A stretch of DNA of 64,000 nt, from positions 224,001 to 288,000 of the forward strand of contig CAWGED010000004.1 of assembly GCA_963821525.1 (NCBI GenBank), read 5' to 3'. Below the pieces are notes generated by a model. The model was not told where the DNA came from. It did not search any database and saw nothing but the letters and a program-made list of their open reading frames with translations. Numbering within the stretch: the first letter of the stretch is position 1; the number at the start of each line of letters is the position of its first letter. Both the position numbers and the translations under genes were made by a program. The stretch is from an uncultured Gemmatimonadales bacterium (GTDB lineage Bacteria > Gemmatimonadota > Gemmatimonadetes > Gemmatimonadales > GWC2-71-9). Below, piece by piece: positions 49,259-61,631 of this stretch.

Positions 49259-49322
49259 ATCCTGCTGCCTGGGCGTGAAGGCGCCCGCGGAAGAGGATGG
49301 CGATTGCGACAGAAGAAATGCA

Positions 49323-49471
49323 GGGGCACAGATGTCGCCGAGGCGTGACGGAATGGAGTCTTATGCGAGATCAATGTTTTCTTGTGTTCTCCGCGTTCTC
49401 TGCGTCTCCGCGGTGGCAGTTTGACCAGATGAAACGCAGAGGCGCAGAGGTCGCCGAGGCCTGAGGAATGG
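49323..49471. repeat. CGCAGAG/CGCGGAG-type inverted repeat element with ~32-bp imperfect direct repeats
   Basis: CTCCGCGTTCTCTGCGTCTCCGCGGT opposed to AACGCAGAGGCGCAGAGG; GGCACAGATGTCGCCGAGGCGTGACGGAATGG similar to GGCGCAGAGGTCGCCGAGGCCTGAGGAATGG. Confidence 0.65.
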
Positions 49472-49478
49472 GCGGAAA

Positions 49479-51799
49479 TCAGGGAGGTGGTTTCCGATGC
49501 ACGGCTACTCCGGCTAATTTCGGCCTCGGACCGCTCTGCGTCCCCAACGGCCTCAATGTCCCGCCAGCCGGAAGATTCTCCTCGACGAATCGGGTCAGCA
49601 GGCTGTAGAGGTGCAGCGTCGTGCCCTGCCCCTCGAAGATCCCGTGAGTCCGGTTGGGGTACTCCATCATGGTGAAGGGCCGGTTCGCCGCCACCAGCGC
49701 GTTGATCAGCCGCTCGGTGCCCTGGTAGTGCACGTTGTCATCCCCGCTGCCATGGACGACCAGCAGCTTCGCTTTCAGATTGGCGGCAAAGTTGAGCGGT
49801 GAGCTGCGCTTGTAGTCTTCCTCGTTCTGCTCGGGGAGCCCCATGTAGCGCTCCTGGTAGATCGTGTCGTACAGGTGCACGTCGGGCACCGGTGCGACTG
49901 CCATGCCCATGCGGTATACCTCGGGATCGCGGAACAGGACATTGAGCGTCGTGGATCCCCCGCCGCTCCAACCCCAGACGCCGAGCCGGGTGGAGTCGAC
50001 CCACTTCCAGCGGCCGATGGCTCGCGCGGCGCCCGCCTGATCGTCCGAGACCAGGAGTCCGAATTTCCGATAGATGCACTTGCGCCATTCCCGTCCGCGG
50101 AGCGACGGCGTGCCCCGGTTGTCGAGGCTCATGACCACGTAGCCCTGCTGGGTGAGCATGAGGTGCCAGAGGTAGTCCTCCCAGCCCCAGCTGTCCAACA
50201 CGGTCTGCGCGGCCGGCTCGCCGTAGACGGTGAACAACACCGGATACTTGAGTGTCGAGTCGAAGCCGGGCGGACGCATCACGTAGCCGTCGAGGGTGAC
50301 GCCGTTGCCCGCATCCACCTTGAAGAAACCCGCCGGCCCACGCTTGAGCCGGGCGACGGTCTCCTTGAGCTTGGCGTTGTCCACCAGGGTGCGGACCACC
50401 TTGTGATCGGGGAGATGAATCAGCTCGGTCACCGGCGGCACGCCGAAAGACGAGTAGTAGTGGAAGGCCCACGCCGCGCCCGGCGCGATTGAATAGTTGT
50501 GGGTGCCGGCCTGATCGGCGGGCGTCAACCGCTCGGCCGGAGCGCTGCCGTCGAGTCGCGCACGGTAGAGGTAGCGCTGCGTCGGGTTGTCGGGCGAAGC
50601 GCTGGTAGTAGACCCATCCGCCGGTTTCGTCGATGGTGAGCACCTGCGCGATATCGAAGTTGCCCGGCGTCAGGAGGTGCAGGTCGCTCCCGTCCCGCGA
50701 CACGGTGTACATGTGGCGCCAGCCGTCCCGCTCGCTGACCCAGGTGAAGCGCTTGCCACCGTCCAGCCAGCGCATGTCGTCGACCACGTCCACCCAGGCG
50801 CTGTCCTGGTCGGTCAGGATGGTGCGCACCTTGCCGCTCTTGGCATCACCCAGCATCAGCTGCAGAGTGTTCTGCAGGCGATTGAAGTGCTGCAGCACCA
50901 CCTCGTCCGAGGTGGCGGCCCACTCCATTCGTGCGATGTAGGTGTTGCGGGGATCGCCCGGCGTCTCCAGCCAGCGCGTCTTGCCGCCGCCGGCGTCCAC
51001 TACGCCCACCCGGCAGGAAGAGTTGGTGGTCCCCGCCTTGGGGTACTGAACCGGAATGGTGAAGGAGTAGAGCGAGTCGGTGTTGTTGATCAGCAGGAAA
51101 TCCCGCACGCCTGAGGCGTCGAGCTGCCAGTAGGCAATCCGCTTGCCGTCGGGGCTCCAGCGGAAACCGTCCCGATCGTCGAATTCTTCCTCGTAGACCC
51201 AATCGAAGGTCCCGTTGATCGTGGTGCGAGACCCGTCCGACGTGAGCCGGGTGATCTTCCCGTCCTTGAGCCGCTCCACATAGAGGTTGTTCTCCCTCAC
51301 GTAGGCGACGCGATCGGCCTGGGGGGAGAACTTGGCGAACATGAGGGTCGAGGGCTTGGCCTCCGATCCTCCCAGTTTCCGGAGTTTGCCGGTGGCGACT
51401 TCGAGGACCCAGTAGTCGCCCCTTGGTGTTCTGGCGCCACACGCGCTTGGAGTTGGTGTACAGCAGGACCCGCTGCCCGTCGGTGGAGAACGTGAAGTTT
51501 TCCACCCGGAGGGGGACCGAATCGCCGGTCGGGATCAACTTCGCCGCCGCCAGCAGGACCTGCTTCTGTCCGGTGGCCGGATCGGTTCGCACGAGGTCAC
51601 GCCCCCGACCATCGGGAGCACGCTCGAAGGTGGTGTATCCCGAATCCCGGAGCCAACGGGCGGGCCCGAAGAAATCCGGTGAAAAGTCTTCCGAGTTGAA
51701 GAGCCGCTCGAGAGTGACCAGCGAGGAATCTTGCTGGGCGGCGAGGGCAGGCGCTCCCACCAGGATCGCAAACGTAGCCGCGAGAGGATGCAGACGCAT
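49479..51799 (-). CDS. Dipeptidyl peptidase IV (S9B), exported (frameshifts near 51421 and 50600)
   Basis: DWVYEEEF, YPKAG, GWSGGG nucleophile, YQERYMG, HGSGDDNVH, HGI. Confidence 0.92.
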
Positions 51800-51866
51800 T
51801 CGGCACTCGGGAAAGGGATTCGTGATGACCGGGTTCGCGGGATACTACGACGATATCGCCGCCTGG

Positions 51867-54148
51867 TTACGGTGTTCGGGCCTTCTCCAGCACGGTTGCG
51901 GCACTGTCGATCAGGCTCGCCGCCTTATCCAGGACGTCGGCGGTGCGGGTAACCTGCGTATCGAGCGCATCCCAGCTGCCCTGTTCGATCGCCTCACGCA
52001 CCGCGGGCAGTGTCTTCACGGAATAGCCGGTGTAGGAGTCCTGGTGCATGGACGTAGTGGCGGTACCAGGGCCGTCCCGGCAAGCCATCCTCCTGCAGCA
52101 GTGCACGCTCCAGCTGTGCCATTACGACGCTCACCGAGCGCGCGGCCGGTTTTTCCAGTCTCGAGCCATCTCCGGCGGCAAGACTGTCGTATGCGACTTC
52201 GTAGCGAAGGGCACTCTCCCGCAGCCGCGCTCCGGCGTTCTCCAGGGGCGCGAAATTCAGGAATGGCGGTTCCGGCGCGCGAGCCGGAGGCACCAGGGGC
52301 TGACGGGGATCCGAGATTGCGGCGTATACCCCTTCACTGATCTGGCGGTTGCGCTCGAGGATCGAATCGCGGCGGGTTGCCGCGAGAGCTTTCACCTGTC
52401 CGATGTATCCCGCGATCGTCTCGGCGAAAGTCGAAGCGCGGAAAGGCAGGACGTCCGCTCCAGCCAATCGCATGACCAGGGTTCCCGCCACCTGGGACAG
52501 GGCTCGGTTGTAGGTAAAGCCGGTGTCGGCGAACCGGGTGTACCAGGCAAAGCTGTCATAGATGGAGTGATAGACCCCATCCGAGCCCGGATCCTCTCCG
52601 CCGAAGCCGAGGTTGAGCGAGGCGATTCCCAGATGCTGGAGGAAGGGCGTGAAGTCGGAGCCGGATCCCAGTGCACCGATCCGCAGATCGGGCCGATCCC
52701 GGGCTTCGCGCCGGGTCGAGTCGGTGCCGGTCGCGATCTGCTCTAACTGAGCGCGCTTCCATACCGAGAGTCCGGTCTCCGGATCGGTCACGTCGCGGGC
52801 AGCGTCGTTGACCGCCTGTTCCAGCGTGTGAGACCCGGCTGCGCCGAAGAATCCGCGGTCGTTGCCGTCGGTATTGATGTAGACCGCGGCGTGTTTCCGT
52901 AATTCCTCCCCATGCTGCTCCGCCCACTCGGTCGAGCCCAGGAGTCCCTGCTCCTCGCCGTCCCATGCCGCAAACACGATCGTGCGACGTGGCTTCCACC
53001 CTTGGCGCGCGAGAGCCCCCATGGCGCGCGCCTCTTCCAGCACGGCGACGAGACCGGAGATCGGATCCTCCGCCCCGTTGACCCAGGCATCGTGATGGTT
53101 ACCCCGCACGATCCATTCGTCGGCCGCGTCACCGCCGGGAATGCGGCCGATCACGTCGTAGAGCGGTACCAGCTTCCAGTCGAACTTGAGCTTGAGATGG
53201 ACCTTTGCCGTGCCGTCACTGCCCAGGTGGTAGGCGAGCGGCAATCCGCCACGCCACTCCTGCGGCGCCATTGGTCCGCCAAGGGCTGCGAGAAGCGGCT
53301 GTGCGTCTCCCTGCGAAATCGGCAGCACCGGGATCTTGGTGATGCCCCAGGCCGAATCCATCGGCAGGCGATGCACGCCGGGCTTGGCGCCAACGAAGGG
53401 AGTCAGCGGATCGCCTGCCGCGATCGGCTGATCCTTTACGCTGCCGCGCTGCACGCCCTCCTTTGGCCTATAGGCGCCTTTGGGATAGGTGTCACCGGCG
53501 CCGTAGCCATCGTCCTGCGGATCGGAATAGATGAGGCAGCCGACCGCGCCATGCTCCGCGGCCAGCTTGGGCTTGAGTCCCCGCCAGCCGGCTCCATAGC
53601 GAGCGAGCACGATGGCGCCCTGCACCGAAACGCCCATCCGCTCCAGGCGCTCGTAGTCGGCCGGCATCCCGTAGTTCACGTAGACCAGCGGCGCCGTCAC
53701 GTCGCCGTCCCGGGAGTAGGCGTTGTAGGTCGGCAGCTGCTCGGCCGACTGGGACGAAGTCGGATCGTTCTTCAGTGCCGGTTCCTTGAGCGTCGCGACG
53801 AAACTTGGTCGGCGCCACCAGCTCGACCAGGCGTTCGCGAGGGGTAGGGAACAGCACCTGGAAGGTGTCGATCGACGCGTCGAGTCCCCAGCTCTTGAAC
53901 TTCCCGTACAACCACTCGGCGTTGTCCCGGTCGTAGGGCGATCCCAGGTGATGGGGCCGCGCGGTCAGTCGCCGCATCGACTCCCGGGCCGAATCGGGCG
54001 TGATCATGTCCCGGAACTTCGCCTCCCATTCCCGTTGCTCCCGGGACCGGGCTGCGGAGAATCCCCGCAGCGGGGTCGGGTCATCGGTTCGAGCAGCGAG
54101 AGTTGTGAGGAGGAGCGGGAGGAGAAGTGCGAAGCGAATTCGGGTCAT
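51867..54148 (-). CDS. M28 glutamate carboxypeptidase II-like peptidase with PA and TfR-dimerisation domains (frameshifts near 53800 and 52050)
   Basis: PHHLGS, VYVNYG, GNHHDAWV, AEDPISG, WDGEEQGLLGSTEW, GSGSDF, YHSIYD, RPWYRH. Confidence 0.9.
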
Positions 54149-54178
54149 TGTCGAGGGAGCAGGGGTGGGAATGCTGTA

Positions 54179-54277
54179 AGCCGTCAGCCATCAGCCGTCA
54201 GACAAGGCCCTAAGCCGTTAGCCATAGGCGTTAGGTTGTTCGATACTTCGATACTTCAATCTGAAATCTTCAATCTC
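54179..54277. repeat. Mixed heptamer/octamer tandem tract (AGCCGTC x3, TTCGATAC x2, TCAATCT/GAAATCT)
   Basis: Three unit families in one 100-bp spacer. Confidence 0.75.
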
Positions 54278-54291
54278 AGCCGTCTCCGTCT

Positions 54292-56413
54292 TCACGGAAC
54301 GGCGGAGGTCGTCGGCCCCGCCAACCCGACCGCGTCCAGCATGAATGCGTAACGGAAGGCGGCTTCGTGGAGGCGCTCGTAGCGTCCCGAGGAACCACCG
54401 TGACCGCCCGCCATATTGGTCTTCAGGTAGAGTGGATTCTGGTCGGTCTTGAGCGAGCGGAGCCGTGCCACCCACTTGGCCGGCTCCCAGTACATGACCT
54501 GCGAATCGTTGAGCGACGTGGTGACCAGCATCCACGGATAGTCTTTCGCCGCCACGTTGTCGTAGGGCGAATAGGTCCGCATGTAGGCATACTGCTCCGG
54601 CACGGCCGGGTTCCCCCACTGCTCCCACTCCTGGGCGGTCAACGGGAGCGACGCATCGCTCATCGTATTGATCACATCGACGAACGGCACGTCCGCGACG
54701 ATGGCCCGGAACAGGTCGGGGCGCATGTTGGCCACCGCACCCATGAGCAACCCGCCGGCGCTGCCTCCGTTGGCCACGAGCCGCTCGGAAGTGGTGTATT
54801 TGCGGCGAATCAGCTCCTCGGCGACGTCGATGAAATCGTTGAACGTGTTCTTCTTGTTGAGCATCTTGCCGTCGTCGTACCAGCGGCGACCCATCTCCTG
54901 CCCGCCGCGAATGTGCGCGATGGCGTAGATGAACCCGCGATCCACCATGCTCAAGACGCTGGAGTTGAACGTGGGCTCCAGGGTGAAGCCGTAGGATCCG
55001 TAGGCGTAGAGCAGGAGCGGGTGAGAACCGTCGAGCTTGGTGCCCTTGCGGAGCAGCACCGATACCGGGACCGAGACCCCATCCCGTGCCGGCGCCATGA
55101 ACCGCTGGACCTCGTAGCTGTTCGCGTCGTAGCCGCTGGGAATCTCCTGCCGCTTCTTCAGTTCCCGCTTCCGGGTCGACCAGATCGTAGTCGTAGACCG
55201 AGTTGGGCGTCACCAGCGAGGAGTAGTTGAACCGGTAGGTCTGGGTGTTGAACTCGGGATTACCGCCGGGAAATACGCCGTAGGCCTTCTCCGGGAAGGT
55301 GACGTAGTGGGTCTTGTTGTTCTTGAGGTCGGCCACGCGGAGCCGGCGAAGCCCACCCGACCGCTCGCTAACCACCACGAAGTTCTTGAACGCGTCCACT
55401 CCCTCGACGAACACCGAGTCGCGGTGGGGAAGCCAATCGACCCAGTTGGCCGGCCCGGGATTGTCCTCCGGTGCCTTCACGATCCGGAAGTTGGTGGCCG
55501 AATCGTTGGTGAGGATCAGGAAGAATCCGTCGGCGTGGTCTACGCTGTATTCGACGTTGGGCCGGCGGGCCGCGACCACCCGGGGCTCACTGGTGGGACT
55601 GGCAGTGGGAATGATTCGCCACTCGGACGAGGTAAAGCCGTCGGCCGTGATGAAGACGTACTTCCCGCTCCGCGACCGCTGCACGCCGACATTGTTGAGG
55701 ACGTTGTCCTCCTGAAACACCTTGACGTCCTGCTCCCGCGGCGTGCCGATCACATGCCGCCAGACGGTGTTCCCGCGCTTGGCGGAATCGGCGGTCATAT
55801 AGAAGAACGTCTTATTGTCGTTCGCCCACGCCGTCCCGTTCCAGACGTTGGGGATCTGGTCGACGATCTTACCGGTCTTGAGATCCTTGACGTAGAGCGT
55901 GTATTCCCGGAAGGCGGTGAGATCTTCGAGGTACAGCAGGGTCTCACCATCGGGGCTGACATCGACGCCGCCCAGCGCGTGGAACTTCTTCCCCTCCGCC
56001 AGGGCGTTCTGGTCGAGGTACACTTCCTCCGGCGCCGATAGCGAGCCGCGCTTGCGGCAGAAGATCGGGTAGTTCTTGCCCTGCTCGGTGCGGCTATAGT
56101 ACCACCAGCCGGTGTCGAACACCGGCACGGAGAGATCGGTTTCCTTGATCCGGCCCAGCATCTCCTGGTAGAGCTTGTCCTGCAGCGCCTCGGTGTGCTT
56201 CATCTTCTGCGTCGTGTACGCATTCTCGGCTTCGAGGTAGGCCGTTACTTCGGGATTGGTCTTTTCCCGGAGCCAGAAGTAGTCGTCTACCCGCACCTCC
56301 CCGTGCAGGGTATCGACCTTGGGAATCTGCCGAGCCACCGGCGGATCCTGAGGTGAAGCGGCTTCAATTGGGATAGCGAGAGCGCACATGACGGCGACCA
56401 GGCGAAGCGACAT
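54292..56413 (-). CDS. ptrB: Oligopeptidase B (S9A) with signal peptide (frameshift near 55180)
   Basis: DDYFWLR, YLEAENAY, YGSYG, HIRGGQEMG, KKNTFNDF, GGSAGGLL, VPFVD, DSQVMYWEPAKW, GHGG. Confidence 0.9.
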
Positions 56414-56614
56414 TGGAGATCCCGGATTCGGGAAGGGGAGGGAGCATAGGGCCGCCAAGGACCGTCGGCAAGACGAAGGGAAACCGCGAGAGGTGGCCGA
56501 TTTCGCCGCGGAGAGGTAAGTCACTGGCATGTTTCAGGTTGGGTCACTGACCCGGTTTGGATCTTTCACTAGGGGCCGCCGTACGGAGGCTCCCCACCCG
56601 GCCGAGAGAACGCA

Positions 56615-57967
56615 ATGGTTCATCTCCTCGCACTGGTCGTTCCGATCTGCGGGATTCTGGGGCTCGATCCCTGCCCCACAACGCCTCCGCCGCCTTACGC
56701 GATTACCGGCGTCAGTGTGCTGCCTATGGATCGGGAGCGGGTACTCGAAGGCTATACGGTAATTGTCCGAAACGGTGCCATCGAGACGCTCGGTCCCGCC
56801 GACAAGGTGTCAGTACCCCAGGATGCGGTCCGAATCGACGGGCGGGGGAAGTATCTCATCCCCGGTCTCACCGAGATGCATACCCACCTCAGTCCGGGTG
56901 CGGGAGATCCGGGAGACGGTCTGGGACGGCAGCTGCGCCTGGCGCTCGCCAACGGGGTCACCACGATGCGCGGCCTCGTCGCTCCGCCCGGGATCATCCC
57001 GATCCGAGACAAAGTGAATTCGGGCGCGATCCTCGGCCCGACGCTCTACGTCGCGGGACCCTCCCTCAACGGGAAGTCAGTCCCCGACCCTGAGACCGGA
57101 CGGCGGATGGTCGAAGACGCCAAGCGCCAGGGATACGACCTGCTCAAGACTCACGGGGGACTGACGGCGGAAAGCTACGACGCAATCGTCGCCGCGGCGA
57201 AGGCAACGGGTCTTCGGTTGGTGGGACACGTGACCCAGGGTTACGGGCTGGATCGCGCGTTGGCAGCCGGACAGCAAGTCGAACACCTGGACGGGTACAT
57301 CGCCGCGGCCCTCCCGGCAGGCGTGGCCGCGCCCGACGACCAGATCATCCCGGACGAGATCGCGGCAAAAGTCACTCCCGAGGGGATTCGAGCGATCGCC
57401 GAGAAGACCAAGAGGGCCGGGGTTTGGAACGGGATGACCCTCGCGATCTTCCAGGTCTTCGCCAGCGGCAAATCACCCGCGGAACTCGCCGCGGCACCCG
57501 AGATGAAGTACGTCCCTGCGCAGACGATTTCGAGCTGGAGCGATCAGATGAAAACCGATGCCCCCGGGTCGCTGCCGGTTTACCTCGCGGTGCGGGATTC
57601 GATCGCGGTCGCCTTGTACCGCGCCGGGGCTCGACTGCTGGTGAGCGGAGATGCTCCCCAGATTTTCCTGGTCGCCGGTTTCGGCACCCACCGCGAGATG
57701 CAGGCGATGGCCCACGCCGGAATACCCACCTACGCCGTCCTCGAAGCGGCTACCCGTAACGCCGCCGAGTGGCTGGGCCGCACCGACGCCGGCACCATCG
57801 CGCCGGGAAAACGGGCCGATCTCGTGTTGCTCGACGCCAATCCCCTGAGTGACATCGCCAACGCGTCTCGCATTCAGGGCGTGATGTTGCGTGGTGTCTG
57901 GTTCGACCGGGCGGCGCTGGACGGGATGCTGGAGGACGTGGAGAAGAGTGCTAAGGGAAGCAATTGA
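56615..57967 (+). CDS. Amidohydrolase-family protein
   Basis: IDGRGKYLIPGLTEMHTH, ANGVTTMR, GHV, VEH, AATRNAA, GTIAPGKRADLVLLDANPL. Confidence 0.9.
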   Translation: MVHLLALVVPICGILGLDPCPTTPPPPYAITGVSVLPMDRERVLEGYTVIVRNGAIETLGPADKVSVPQDAVRIDGRGKYLIPGLTEMHTHLSPGAGDPGDGLGRQLRLALANGVTTMRGLVAPPGIIPIRDKVNSGAILGPTLYVAGPSLNGKSVPDPETGRRMVEDAKRQGYDLLKTHGGLTAESYDAIVAAAKATGLRLVGHVTQGYGLDRALAAGQQVEHLDGYIAAALPAGVAAPDDQIIPDEIAAKVTPEGIRAIAEKTKRAGVWNGMTLAIFQVFASGKSPAELAAAPEMKYVPAQTISSWSDQMKTDAPGSLPVYLAVRDSIAVALYRAGARLLVSGDAPQIFLVAGFGTHREMQAMAHAGIPTYAVLEAATRNAAEWLGRTDAGTIAPGKRADLVLLDANPLSDIANASRIQGVMLRGVWFDRAALDGMLEDVEKSAKGSN

Positions 57968-58032
57968 AGATTGCAGATTTCAGATTGAAGATCGAGAATA
58001 GACCGATCCGTGGCTGATCACCATCTTCAATC
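57963..58032. repeat. Heptamer-tandem element (ATTGAAG/ATTGCAG/ATTTCAG ... ATCTTCAATCT)
   Basis: Long left arm and short inverted right arm between convergent genes. Confidence 0.8.
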
Positions 58033-58046
58033 TAACTCAATAACGA

Positions 58047-59580
58047 TTATCCGTCCCCTCCGTCCCCCCGCAGCTTGCCCCGGTCCACCTTGCCCAGGTG
58101 GGTCAGTGGAAGGCCATCCACGAAGCGGATGACCCGGGGATGCTTGTACGGTTCGAGACGATCTCGTACGAAGGCCTTCAGCTCTTCCGCCAGATCGGGC
58201 CGCTGCTCGCGGGGCACTACGAACGCATGTGGCTTCAACAGGCCGCTCGAGTCGACGACTCCGACCACCGCCACCTGCAGGACAGCGGGATGTTGCGAGA
58301 GGCAATTCTCGACTTCCTGCGGAGCCAGCCACTTGCCCGAGACCTTCAGCATGTCGTCCGACCGACCGCAGTAGCTGAAGAATCCATCCGGGGAGCGGCT
58401 CACCATGTCGCCCGAAACGAACCACTCGCCCCGAAATCCCTGCTGGGTCTTCTCCATCTGTTGCCAGTATCCGATGGCGCGCGAGCCGCCGCGGACCCAC
58501 AGGTATCCCACCTCGCCGTCGGCGAGTTCTCTGCCTCCCTCGTCACATACCTTCACCTCAAAGCCCGGTACGACCTCACCCAGCGTCCCGGGACGAATCC
58601 GGCCCAGCCGGTTGGATAGAAAAATGTGCCACATCTCCGCGGTGCCGAGGCCATCGAGCAGGGGAACGCCGAAGGCCTTATCCCATCGGCCATGAAGCTC
58701 CGCCGGCAGTCCTTCGCCTGCCGAGGTGGCCAGTCGGAGCGAGGAGAGGTCGGAGCGAGCCGCCTCCGGCGTCGTTCACCATATGGTTGATCATGGTGGG
58801 GACGTTGATCAGAATCGTGGGCCGGTGGCGGGCGATTTTCTCGAACATGACCTGAGCGGTACAGCGCTCCGGGAAAAGCACCGCGGCGGCGCCTACCGAG
58901 AACGGAAACAGAAGATTGGACCCGGTCGCGTAACCGAAGAACAGTTTGGGTACGGAGAGCGTGACGTCGGTCTCGGTGTAACCGATGACCTGCCGGGCGT
59001 AGCACTCGGTGGTATTGGCGAACGAGGTGTGGGTCTGAACCACGGCCTTGGGATGGCCGGTGGTGCCACCGGAGAAAAGCCAAATCGCGGCGTCGTCCCG
59101 GTGCGAGGGGAAATTCGCCAGCGCCGCCGGGGCATCGGCAAGACGCGCCTGCCAACCCGCATCCTCAACTACCAGCAGCTGCTTGAGGTGCATCGAACGA
59201 CCCGCGGCCGCCTCGAAGGCCTTCGATACATCGCGGTGGATCACCGCCACCGTGGCGCGGGAGTAGTTGAGAAAGTATTCGATCGCGTCGGGCTTGAGTT
59301 CCGGGTTGACCATGACCACGACCGCGCCAATCTTCAGGGTGCCAAACAGCGCCCCGACGAACGCAGGGCTGTCCGGCAGCGCGATCAGCACCCGTTGCTC
59401 GGGCTCTGCCCCTGCCTGGCGCAAGAGGTGGCCGAAGCGGTTCGCCAGAACCTCCACCTGGCCATAGCTCAGCCGTCCCTCATCGGTGATTAGTGCGGTC
59501 CGTTCGCCGCGGCCCTCGCGGACTCGCGCATCGAGAAAGTAGTCCGCGATGTTGAACTGCTCGGGCGGATGGAAGGACAT
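58047..59580 (-). CDS. Benzoate-CoA ligase family aryl-CoA ligase (frameshift near 58755)
   Basis: FNIADYFL, WLFSGGTTGHPK, PKLFFGYA, MWHIFLSN, GRSDDMLKVSG, LTHLGKVDR. Confidence 0.9.
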
Positions 59581-59625
59581 GATCATCCCGGGTTGGTTCT
59601 GGCGCTCTCCAAGGACACAATAACC

Positions 59626-60391
59626 GTGCGCGAACTCGCCGCAATGACGTGGGAGGAAGTGCGCGACCTCGACGGCCAGGCTTTGGTCGCCATTCTTCCC
59701 GCCGGCGCGGTCGAGGCCCACGGCCCCCATCTGCCGCTCGATACCGACGTTGTCATCGCCAGTGCAATGGCTCGTGCAGGGGCGCGGCGGCTTGCGGCGC
59801 GCCAATATCCGGTTGTGATCCTTCCGCCGCTGGTCTACACCGCGGCCGAGTTCGCGGCCGGGTTCCCCGGGACATTGTCACTCCGGCCCGAGACGGTCAC
59901 TGCCACGGTGGTCGACATTGCCCGCAGCCTGACGAGGCACAAGGTTGCCGTGCTCGCGCTCGCGAATGCGCACCTCGATCCGGCGCACCTGCGTTCACTC
60001 GAGGCCGCCGCAGTGGAAATCCGTCGCGAGGGTCGGCTCCGGGTCGCCTTTCCCAATCTCGCTTCCCGCCCCTGGTCGCTTCGGCTCTCCGACGAGTTCC
60101 GAGAGCGGAGCCTGCCACGCGGGCCAGTTCGAGACCTCGATCGTGCTGGCCGAGCGACCGGACGCGGTACGGGAACGGCTGCGCACGAGCCTGACGCCTA
60201 ATCCCTCATCGCTCTCAGTCGCGATCCGCGAAGGGAAGCAGACCTTCGAAGATGCGGGCGGCCCTCAGGCGTACTTCGGCGCGCCGGCGGCCGCTACGCC
60301 GGAGGAAGGCGTGGCGACGGTCGAAACGCTGGGCGCCATCCTCGAGGAAGCCGTGCTCGCGGAGCTGGGCCGACCGATGGACTCCGCGTGA
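59626..60391 (+). CDS. Creatininase-family amidohydrolase (frameshift near 60105)
   Basis: MTWEEV, GAVEAHGPHLPLDTD, FPGTLS, NAH, HAGQFETS. Confidence 0.87.
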
Positions 60392-61164
60392 TTTCTCTGG
60401 CGGGAAAAACGGCCGTGGTGACCGGTGCCGGCAGGGGCATCGGCGCTGCGTGCGCGCGTGCACTGGCCGGAGCCGGCGCCCGGGTGGTACTGGGGGCGCG
60501 GACCCGCGAGTCGGTGGAACGGGTGGCCGCCGATCTTCGGACACTCGGCCATGAAGCAGCGGCGACGGTCTGCGACGTGACCGATCCCGCGAGCGTCGAC
60601 GCTCTCGCCCGGTTCTCGGCCGAACGCTTCGGGGAAGTGACTCTCCTCGTCAACAACGCCGGCATCGGTCACGCGGCCCCACTCGAGCGCCTCACGCTCG
60701 ACGATTGGAATCGGGTCATGGCGGTGAACGCGACCGGCACGTTCCTTTGCACCAAGGCCTTTCTGCCTGCCATGGTCAAGCGGGGGTGGGGGCGGGTGGT
60801 GAATGTGGCGTCGGTTGCCGGCCTCAGCGGAGGCAGGTACATCGCCGCCTATGCGGCCTCCAAACACGCGGTGGTTGGATTTACCCGTTGCGCGGCGATG
60901 GAAGTCGCGGCCGCCGGCGTAACAGTGAACGCAGTCTGCCCTGGCTACGTCGACACCGAGATGACCCGAGAGTCGCTCGAACGCATTGCGATGAAGACCG
61001 GCCGGAGCCGGGAGCAGGCCCTGGAGGCCGTCCTTACGGGAACACCGCAGGGCCGGCTGATTACTCCGGACGAGGTCGCCTTCGAGGTGCTCAGGCTCTG
61101 TGCCGAGGACGCGCGTGAGATCAACGGCCAGACGATCGTGCTGGATGGCGCTGGCCTGACCTGA
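60388..61164 (+). CDS. Short-chain dehydrogenase/reductase
   Basis: TGAGRGIG, NNAG, YAASK, NAVCPGYVDT. Confidence 0.93.
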   Translation: MISLAGKTAVVTGAGRGIGAACARALAGAGARVVLGARTRESVERVAADLRTLGHEAAATVCDVTDPASVDALARFSAERFGEVTLLVNNAGIGHAAPLERLTLDDWNRVMAVNATGTFLCTKAFLPAMVKRGWGRVVNVASVAGLSGGRYIAAYAASKHAVVGFTRCAAMEVAAAGVTVNAVCPGYVDTEMTRESLERIAMKTGRSREQALEAVLTGTPQGRLITPDEVAFEVLRLCAEDAREINGQTIVLDGAGLT

Positions 61165-61181
61165 ACCCGAGTCCCCAATCC

Positions 61182-61592
61182 ATGTCCCGTTACCAGATCA
61201 TCAACCCCGACTCCCTCGGAGTCCCTCGCGGGTGGAACAACGGCCTCCTGGCGGCCACTGGCGGGCGGCTACTCTTCATCGCCGGTCAGACTGCGCGCGA
61301 TGACTCCGGACGGGTAGCGGAGACGGGCTTCGTCGAGCAATTCGATCGGGCCCTGGGGAACGCGCTCGAGGTACTGCGCGCCGCCGGCGGCAGTCCGGAT
61401 GACGTGGGCCGGTTCACGATCTATGTGACCAGTCTCGACGAGTATCGCGGCAGCCTCAAGCCCCTGGGCGAGGTATACCGCCGCCGCATGGGTCGCCATT
61501 ACCCGGCGATGGCGGTGGTTGAGGTCCGGGGTCTGGTAGACCCCGAGGCCAAGGTAGAGATCGAGACGACGGCTGTGCTCGGTCGAGAGTAA
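61182..61592 (+). CDS. RidA/YjgF family protein
   Basis: LFIAGQ, YRRRMGRHYPAMA, KVEIE. Confidence 0.9.
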   Translation: MSRYQIINPDSLGVPRGWNNGLLAATGGRLLFIAGQTARDDSGRVAETGFVEQFDRALGNALEVLRAAGGSPDDVGRFTIYVTSLDEYRGSLKPLGEVYRRRMGRHYPAMAVVEVRGLVDPEAKVEIETTAVLGRE

Positions 61593-61631
61593 CCTCGCCG
61601 ATCAATTCAACGACTGGAGCCTTCGGCAACC

